The notes below the pieces were generated by a model. The model saw nothing but the letters and a program-made list of their open reading frames with translations. It made no database searches and was not told the origin of the DNA. Positions 54,607-64,000 of a DNA stretch of 64,000 nt are shown piece after piece. Source of the stretch: Octopus vulgaris. Taxonomy: Eukaryota. Position numbers and translations under genes: made by a program. Location of the stretch: positions 33,542,001-33,606,000 of the forward strand of contig OX597828.1 of NCBI GenBank assembly GCA_951406725.2, written 5' to 3'. The first letter of the stretch is position 1. The number at the start of each line of letters is the position of its first letter.

Positions 54607-56676
54607 TGTTTATATCTGCGTGTGTGTGTGTGTGTGGATATATGTATGCGTGTGCATGTGTGTATGTATGTATCTCTACGGCTTTCATAAAATCGCTGAT
54701 TTCGCTGTTTTTCGACTTTTACATAATCAATAGTATGTTTCTGTTAATTTTAAAATGAAATAAATCTTCCAGCAATTTCTGAACTTTTTACGTAAGATAT
54801 TTTCTTTCTTCGTGATATTATATTTTTATATTATGAAAAATAAAATATTAAATTAAAAATTGTTTCTTTCAATCTTTTCGTAATATTGTAAACGTTTTAA
54901 TATCGTGGTTGCTGAAAAATAGAGAAAAACATCTGTGTTAAAATGCTGATCTATACAATTATAAAGAACCAGATTAAAATTACCGTCATTTTTTACATCA
55001 CTGGTACACAAGCTTTTCATTAATATAAAAGGACTGCACGAAGGCAACTAGAAGATTTTGTGTCATTTAGCCTCTGGAAAATGTGACAGACATCTGATAA
55101 TGTTACGACATAAAATCTATTCCAAATGTGTGCACGCGTTTCACTGTAAAAAAAGGTAACTGGGCGACTGATATTTGTTAAACTTATGTCTCTGTATTCT
55201 GTAATATCATATCAGATATAAAGAGATGTAAAAGCCTCCTAGTTAATATTCAAAACAAGTGTCAAAATATTGTTTGATAACCATATAAGCAGCTGAAACG
55301 AAAGAATTGGAAGAAACAAATTCTTCACATGAGTGCAATTTCATATAACATCCTGTCTCCAAACTTAAGAAACATCTGTATCAAAGATTGGACACACTCC
55401 AAAACAAAACAAAACAAAAAAAATGGTAAATCAATTCTTTTACAACGTTTTCTATACCAGCCAAAGAATGACTAGGAATCCAAAATGAAATACAAAATGT
55501 AATTATTCTTATTAGTACTGAGGATATGTCAATTTTTGTGAGCTAGATAATACGTCTCAAAATAACTGGTACTTATACATTCCAAACCGATTGTCAAATA
55601 TGATAAAGACAGTTGCCAACAAAATTAAAGCAAGCTATTCAATCTTTCCTTCAGTTATTCGTCCATCAAATACTTTCAAGTGCACACAGCCTCACACAGC
55701 TTCTGTGTCATTGGTTTAGATAGTAATTTAATTGTGTGATATTCACGTTTTGGAAAGGTGTCGTAGCAGACAATTTTAATATATATATAGCTTTTTGTGT
55801 CTTGGGGTTGTAGTAAGACAATTTTATTAATAAGTATTGATGCCGAATTTTGGTGCTATTGAACAAAACAAGATTTTTATGTCTCCATGTTTAAAATAAG
55901 CTTTCAAGATCTGAGTAACTTATCAGTGAAAAAAGAAAACTACAATCACCCTTCCCCCTATCAATCATGAAGTTTTGTGTTTATAGCAGAATCGTTAGAG
56001 CATCGGACAAAATCATTTGTAGCGTTTTCGTTCCAAGTTCAAATACCGCTCAGGTCAACTTTGCCTTTCATCTTTTCAGGGTTGATTAAATAATATAGCA
56101 GTCAGGTGCTGAGATCGAAGCAATTGACGAGTGCCCTTCCCCTAAAATTGCTTTGTGCCAAAATTTGAAGCTATTATCATTGTAGCTGTTGTAGCGTCTG
56201 CAATGCATCGCTTCGAGTCGCTCGTAATTTTGTTCGTCTGTTTACATAATCAAAGGTTGTTAATTAATTTTCTTATATAACAGTTGTTTAAGCCAACCAG
56301 GATAAATAGGGCTGCTTGGCTTTCTTTTATTTCTGGCCCTTTTGGGCTCAAATTTGTAAACTTTACAAATTTTGTTTTGAAGAATACATGTTTACAAACA
56401 CAGCGCCGGCTTCCTCAACCGGCGCTGTGTTTGTATATTGAATGCAAAGTGTTTCCCCACTGGCGGGACGAGAAGGTCAGCATTGCCCCTGATCGGAAAG
56501 CAAGTCCAGCGAAGGGTTTACAACTGAGTGCACCGGAGCAACGTGAAGTGGTTTTTGCTCAAGAATAAAATGCGGTGCTTGGTCCTAGATTCGAAACCAC
56601 GATCTAGCGGCCGTGAGTGCAATAGACAGATTGAGTGATTGATAGATAGATAAATTGCTACCTACATACATATTTG

Positions 56677-56743
<67 letters not shown>

Positions 56744-56744
56744 A

Positions 56745-56885
<141 letters not shown>

Positions 56886-56997
56886 ATATAAGCAGCTGGG
56901 TGCAATATAAAACGATAAAAGAAAATTTAGTTGTCATTAATTGTGACTGAATGTGCTGAACGCAGCTCTGGTGGCTTTAACTCTTATATATGTATAT

Positions 56998-57261
56998 ACA
57001 GGGTGCGATTGGTAAATTGTCGTTATTTTATGTTCTAATTTCGTGCATGCGAATTATTTGATTTCGATTTTGTCGACTACACAGAAGAGTAGGGTCCATT
57101 GGGCACCGTCTCTGAGAAAAACAGCTCCATAACGCAATTCAGCCTGCCAGAAATTTGGAAACGACTTGCTCTACTCCTTGGCATTCGTGCTGAAAACTCT
57201 AGGACAGACATTTCAGAGTGTTTAGGTGTCAATCTGAGGACAGTGCAGAGGATTCGGAAAA
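56998..57261 (+). mobile_element. Tc1/mariner-superfamily 5' fragment
   Basis: TA-cagggtgcg terminus; HTH-like ISECLGVNLRTVQRIRK. Confidence 0.65.
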
Positions 57262-57340
57262 TGGGTTTACCACTACGAAAACACTATGATCAAAATAGAC
57301 TAAATACTACTTATGTTGTGTTGTAGCTATATGTATGTGT

Positions 57341-57571
57341 AAGGCGGCGAGCTGGCAGAAACGTTAGCACGCCGGGCGAAATGCATTGTGGTACTTCGTC
57401 CGCCGCTGCGTTCTGAGTTCAAATTCCGCCGAGGTCGACTTTGCCTTTCATCCTTTCAGGGTCGATAAATTAAGTACCAGTTACGCTCTGGTGTCGATGT
57501 AATCGACTTAATCCGTTTGTCTGTCCTTGTTTGTCCTCTCTGTATTTAGCCCCTTGTGGGTAGTAAAGAAA
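57341..57571 (+). mobile_element. SINE family B, full length
   Basis: aaggcggcgagctggcagaaacgttagcac...; near-identical copy at 59294-59520. Confidence 0.9.
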
Positions 57572-57915
57572 TGTATGTGTATATATATAAGAAAGAGAGA
57601 GAGAGAGAGGGAGAGAGAGAAAGAGAGAGAGGGGAGAGAGAGAGGGGAGAGAGAGAGGGGGAGAGGGGGAGAGAGGGGGAGAGAGAGAATAGAATTAGGA
57701 ATTAGATATAGACATTCTTTGATACATACAGTATTATATATTTGAGAAAATAAATACGACTAGCTTTTCTGATAATTTTTCCATTTTTACCACTTTAATA
57801 ATTAGATGTTTATAAACCATTAGGTGTTTACAAATACCTGATGATTTATAAACATCTAATTACTAAAGAGGAAAAACTATCAGAAAAGTCATTCCTATTC
57901 ATCTTGCAAGCATAT

Positions 57916-57960
<45 letters not shown>

Positions 57961-58021
57961 TGTGTGTGCGCGCGCATGTGTCTGTGTATATGTGTGTGTG
58001 TATATAAATATATAAATATAT

Positions 58022-58569
58022 ATTGGGTTGTCTGGAAAGTTCGTGCCGATTTTTAAAGGAAAGAAAAAGGTCAATAAATACTTGCAATTACACTTTTAAT
58101 CACCCAAATATGAACCATTTTGTTGCACAATGCGTCTCCATCTTTCCTTTAACTTGGGGTGGTTTCATGGCATAGAATTCATCAAGGTATCTTTTTATGT
58201 CATCCAAGGAATTTAAATTTTTACCATTAAGACTATTCTGTAGAGACCTGAAAAAGTGAAAATCCGAAGGAGCAATATCTGGTGAATATGGTGGGTGGGT
58301 AACACATCCCAGCCGAGCTGCAGCAATTTTTGTCTTGTTCCCAAAGCATCAAGTGCCAAAAATGAACTTTCTTATCTTCTATTTTAAAGGGTTACAAAAT
58401 TAACACAGGTTATAGGAATATAAATCTTCTTCCACGAAAAGATAGCTTAAACTGTGCTCTAAATGGACGTGTAGTAAAATCCTATTTTATGGACTCAACC
58501 ATGTTCTAAAATAAGTCGAAACGTAAGCTAAGCTACTATAAATCAGCAAGAACTTTCCGGACAACCCAA

Positions 58570-58570
<1 letters not shown>
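58022..58570 (-). mobile_element. Deleted mariner (MITE-like)
   Basis: TIRs ttgggttgtc(t/c)ggaaagttc; HPPYSPDIAPSDFH on minus strand. Confidence 0.88.
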
Positions 58571-58607
<37 letters not shown>

Positions 58608-58819
58608 CACATATATATACATATATATATTTTTTTTTTTTTTTTAAATTTATTTATTATATAGAAGGAGCTTCTACAGGAACCACAGTAAATAAGGTAC
58701 TCAATACATAGCAGAGTAAAATTAATTTATTATATAGAAGGAGCTTCTACAGGAAAGCTCCTTCTATATAATAAATAATATAATAAATTAATTTTACTCT
58801 CCTATATATATATAGATAG

Positions 58820-58949
<130 letters not shown>

Positions 58950-59619
58950 TACTCTTCCGTCAAGGTCAGATCAACAAAAAAATGCGCTCCATCCAATGAG
59001 AGATGAATATCGTTTAATTTGAACTGTACTAGGATACGGGCTGCTAATAGTTTCTTGTTGTGAAAGCACGTGCATAGGCCTTTTATCTCCAAGCAGTCCT
59101 TAAGCTCTGACCACATGGTCTGTTCTAGTTGAAAATCAGGACACTGGTGGATGAGAAATCGCGAAAAAAGAATTCCGAGAAGATCGATGCAAAATGTGGA
59201 AGGAAAAATAAAAACGGAAAAAGAAAATTAAAAAGGAATAAAACTAGATTTACGTCCCTTTTGACCGTAGAAACCATAAATAAACTAACGTAACGGTGGT
59301 GAGCCGGCAGAATCGTTAGCACACCGGCCGAAATGCTTAGCGGCATTTCGTCTGCCGTTACGTTCTGAGTTCAAATTCCGCCGAGGTCGACTTTGCCTTT
59401 CATCCTTTCGGGGTCGATAAATTAAGGACCAGTTACGCACTGGGGTCGATGTAATCGACTTAATCCGTTTGTCTGTCCTTGTCTGTCCCCTCTGTGTTTA
59501 GCCCTTTGCGGGCAATAAATAAAAAAAATAAAGAAATGAGAAATAATAAATAAACTAGTTTTTGTAGGATAATTCAACGTAGACGGGCCCAAACTTTGCA
59601 AGTTGCTGTTCAATCTGGA

Positions 59620-60100
59620 AGTGGTTGTGTCCTCCAGTTCGCCAAAAGGAATTCGTCCATGTTCTTCCGTTTGTCGTAATTTCTGGATCAGAAATTATGT
59701 GATGTGGTGGAATTCTTAGATAGAAAGGCAACGTACGATCTTTCAGCTATGCATAAGTTGCATTTCTTAGCTCCATTAACATATGGCAAGGAATTCCCTA
59801 CGATTCTCCCAACCCTTGATTATATGTGGTGTGCCGTTAGTCATCAAATCCAATACATGTAGCTAGCCACTTTAGTGGCTTTACTTTTGTCGATGTGCCG
59901 GAAAGAAGGCTGGTGGTTTGCATTGCGTCTTTTGAACCCACTTTTGCTGTAATCGATGTAATGTTTCTTTTCAGTTAAGTTAGCTTCCGTCTTTCATTCT
60001 CCTTTCCACATTTTACATTAACTTTCTTCTCGTTTTTTCTCATTTTGTGCTATAAAGTTCTGCCTTGACACGTGTCTTCGCAGCAAGAATCTACTAGCTT
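59620..60100 (-). pseudogene. PLE GIY-YIG endonuclease C-terminal fragment
   Basis: FKRRNANHQPSFRH...PYVNGAKKCNLCIAE pattern; degraded. Confidence 0.65.
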
Positions 60101-60126
60101 GTATCTTTGTACTGTGTACATTAAAT

Positions 60127-60191
<65 letters not shown>

Positions 60192-60419
60192 ATGTGTGTG
60201 TGTAGGTATGTATGTATGTATGTATGTATTATGTATGTATGTATGTATTATGTATGTATTTGATCGGAGTTGTAGATATTCCTTTCAATATACTCCGTGA
60301 AGATGGCCCATTTCTGCATACTGAATATTGTTATTTATGTTGTTTCATTCAGACAAATTTTGTGCTACCATACTAAATATTAGTTTTATCTATATATGAG
60401 ACATATATATATATATATA

Positions 60420-61330
60420 AGGACCCCAAATTAAAGGAAATTCTAAACATACACCAAATCATTAAAAGCTACAAACAACCTAAATCACTTAAAAAGATTC
60501 TCACAAAGGCAAAATTGTCTTCTGAAATTACGGATGCAAGTAAAAAAAATGTGGTAGATCGAACTGTGCAACATGTCCAAACCTGCTAGAAGGATCAGAA
60601 TTTCTCTTTAAAGAGGGACAGAAATTCAAGATCAAATCTAACTTTACTTGTGCCTCTGAAAACATAATTTATGTCATAAAATGCTCGGGCTGCCACCAAG
60701 ACAACGTGGGATCCACGGGACTATCACTCAGACGTAGATGCACACTGCATCGACAACAGATTGCATTCCCAGAATACAGAATGATACCTTTTAGTGAGCA
60801 CATTGAGAAATGCGCAAAGCAACTACTACCACAATTTTTAATCTTTCCATTCTACCAATGTGCTATCGGATCATCAACACAAATTAGACTAAACAAGGAA
60901 ACATTCTTCATTGAAAAGTACAAGCCCAGACTTAACCATCCCAACATACTGATACAGAGAAATTCACACCAAGGGAAAGGAAAACATTTTTAAGCGATTA
61001 TCTCCCTTACACCGGAAGAAATCACTCATTACCTCCCCTTATTTAGAACTCTCTTGAACATAAACATAACGATAACTCTATTCAACATAAACATAACGTC
61101 GCAAGAAATTTGAAAAGCTAAACGCGAAACCGGTCTTTCTTCAGAATTATGTCAATATAAGAGAAAAAAATGTTTTAATATTCTTCAAAAAAATTCTTTA
61201 ATATTCTTCAGACATATTGACGCAAATATATATTTTTTAACATTTAAGCCTTCTGTAGTTTTTTCACTTTTTACTATTTTCTATATATTCAACCACGTGC
61301 TTTCACAAACCAACTTTCTTATCTATATAT
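60420..61330 (+). mobile_element. Penelope-like element 3' part (Cys linker plus GIY-YIG plus pLTR), Neptune-like
   Basis: KQPKSLKKIL...CGRSNCATC...FTCASENIIYVIKCSGC...VGST...R...H...ETFFIEKYKPRLN; one frameshift near 60540. Confidence 0.88.
61103..61141 (+). ncRNA. Minimal hammerhead motif, U3-A8 core
   Basis: aagaaa-t-TTGAAAA-gc-taaac-gc-GAAA-ccgg-TC-tttctt, ~150 nt after the GIY-YIG domain. Confidence 0.55.
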
Positions 61331-61519
61331 ATATATATACATATATACATACATACATACATACATATATATATATACATATACATATATACCTACATAT
61401 ATACATATATACACACACCACACACACACACATATATACATATACATAATCATTATGATATTAGTGGCGTATATTGTTAAAAATAGGAAGAGATAGGTGT
61501 TAGCCTAATTCTAAGGTGT

Positions 61520-62270
61520 TACATTTGGTTCTCTGCTTAAATTATCCAAATAAATCGCAATATTCTGCTCCATCTGAGTAGCCCATGCATGATTATATCA
61601 AACTGGCGTACAGGATTATATCACCATCCCTATTTTTATATCAACATCCATGTTATTATATCAACATCCATGTAATTTTATCGACTTCCATGTTATTGAT
61701 AACTGAAGGTGTCATTTAAACTTCCAAGGTTTTGTATACTAGCGGCCTCAAAATTGATTAATAGAATTCGATAACATTGGACTGTGTGAATTTGCATTTT
61801 TTTTTTCATCGCTAATGTTGTTAAGCCAGGTAAGAATTGCATTGGTGTTAGTAAATCTTCTTAATCGTGTGGCATTTCCAATTTATCATTAATGGAATTA
61901 AGTGTGTATTTATTAACTTCCGACATCTCACTCTTAGCAGGATTTATCAGCGTGCATTTAGAGTTTGCATTCACATTCTCTAAGGGATCTTAGAGTATTG
62001 TATACGATTCTCGTTTGTCAAAACTTTTCACTTTCCCACTTTCATATCTACTTTACGTGCTTTAGCTATTGTTTCTTCTTGGTGTTTAATGTTCACATAG
62101 ATATTTGCTGAATTTCTGTATGGTATTCTTTATTAAGGGGTTAACGTATGTATCCTTGTCTGAATTTTACAGGTTTTTGTCTTTTCTGAAATAATGTGTA
62201 GATTCTGTTGGAGTTTTACTGGTCGTTATGTCAGGTTTTAATTCATACTGGAAGGCATTATTGTATTTAT
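61520..62270 (-). pseudogene. PLE reverse transcriptase fragment (possibly Naiad-like)
   Basis: KCTLINPAKSEM...NTNAILTWL...FTQSNVIEFY*SI...MGYSDGAEYCDLFG; many stops; clade call is from memory. Confidence 0.75.
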
Positions 62271-62761
62271 CACTTTTCAGTCATTTGATCGTAGTAAACC
62301 GTTTCGGGTTTTTATTGCGAATGTGTCATTTATCGGGGTTACGAGGTTGTTCTCGTAAAAGTATGCTTTCCACCTCATTCTTTTAATGACTGCTCTCAGA
62401 TTACTGATGAGCCGTTTTAAGTAGATCTTGTTCGGTGACAAAGAGACGTTTGTTTGCTTTTTTTCATGTCCAAACTATCTTTCATGAACTACTGAATGTA
62501 CTCAAGAGACATACAACGTTTTATAGCGGTGGGTTTGCGAGTGGGTTTACCACCGCGAGAACACTATGATCAAAGTGCAAAATAACTAAAATGCGTACAT
62601 AGACTAAATACTACTTGTGTTGTGTTGCAGCTATATGTCTGTTTGCGCTTATGTGTTAAACATGCGTGTGTGAGTGAATCAATTTGTACAATCACACACA
62701 TGCACACACGTCTATCTAGCAATCTATAATATATGTGCATATACATATGTATATATATATT

Positions 62762-62798
<37 letters not shown>

Positions 62799-62824
62799 CA
62801 TATATATATACATATAACTATAAG

Positions 62825-62870
<46 letters not shown>

Positions 62871-62965
62871 TGTATGTGTATGTATGTATGTATGTGTATG
62901 TCTTTTGAGAGACTGACCGTTATATTGCTATTTTAGCTAGTTGCCAGTCTCGTCTATACATTTTC

Positions 62966-63043
<78 letters not shown>

Positions 63044-63119
63044 TTCTTTCTCTCTCTCTCTCTCTCTCTCTCGTGATCGGGTTTTGCATTTATATAAATT
63101 GAGAAACTTCGACTCTCTT

Positions 63120-63525
63120 TCTCTTTTTTCTTTTTTCTCTTTTACTTGTTTCAGTCATTTGACTGCGGCCATGCTGGAGCACCGTCTTTAGTCGAACAAA
63201 TCGACCCCAGGACTTATTCTTTGCAAGCCTAGTACTTATTCTATCGGTCTCTTTTGCCGAACCGCTAAGTTATGGGGACGTAAACACACCAGCATCGGTT
63301 TTCAGGCGATGTTGGGGGACGAAGACAGACACACAAACACATACACGCACATATATATATATATATATATATATATACGACGGGCTTCTTTCAGTTTCCG
63401 TCTACCAAATCCACTCACAAGGCTTTGTTCAGCCCGAGACTATAGTAGAAGACACATGCCCAAGGTTCCACGCAGTGGGACTGAACCCGGAACCATGTGG
63501 TTGGTAAGCAAGCTACTTACCACAC
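63120..63525 (-). mobile_element. SINE family A
   Basis: Homology to 3033-3444. Confidence 0.9.
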
Positions 63526-64000
63526 ATTTCCTTCTGATGATGGGAAAAGTAATAATATACCTTAAATGTATATTCTTTCATATACATTTGGTAGGCAACA
63601 ATTTACTCCATGTATTTCTACACACAATATGCAATGCTGCATATATTGATAACCGCACCTCAGGAAACAGCCGTAAAGTTTCCTCGTATTCACTTCTCTA
63701 TTATCTGTGAAGTCAACGCATGAATTCTCCAAACGGTCTTGTCAGCGGAAACTAACACATCACAGGAGAAAACATGGGTGGTTAGCCAAATAAACTGACT
63801 CCACAAAGTTCTTCCAAGGTCATACGATTAACAAAAAAGAGAGGTTCGACTTTTATTGCACAAGTAAACTAAACAGTTATAAAGAATTGTTGAAAAGGTG
63901 CCAATTTTGAAATATGTGCTCGGTAGGGGGAGGAGTGATCGCTCCTCGTTCTCCCTTATTAGCTACGCCGCTGATGAAAGAGAATAAGTAAGGCTTGTAT

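Noticed and set aside
59046-59110. Minus-strand HHR remnant downstream of the PLE endonuclease
   Set aside because: Position fits, but core (cttaagga) and triplet are degenerate.
62404-62450. CTGATGA-gccg...cggt motif
   Set aside because: GAAA box disrupted, no stem III or stem I.

Overview
AT-rich, microsatellite-dense eukaryotic DNA with no intact protein-coding gene. The tRNA-derived SINE set strongly suggests an octopus (cephalopod) genome; this is an inference from recalled families, not a database result. The window is a transposon graveyard: at least five SINE families, non-autonomous Helitrons (TC...hairpin-CTAG), Tc1/mariner fossils and MITEs, Tx1-like and RTE LINE fragments, and several Penelope-like elements (PLEs). 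Nearly all long ORFs in the track are microsatellite artefacts. The most striking unexplained structure is a set of unrelated 100-260 bp inverted repeats carrying minimal type I hammerhead ribozyme (HHR) motifs with palindromic stem III, as known for PLE termini. Some have non-canonical cores: a repeated G3-C8 swap (GTGAACA), a U3-A8 variant next to a GIY-YIG gene, and a GUG cleavage triplet. Also seen: tail-swapping SINEs with a matching RTE 3' end, templated local insertions, and one candidate host exon (22274-22347, minus). Coordinates were read by eye and may be off by a few bases.
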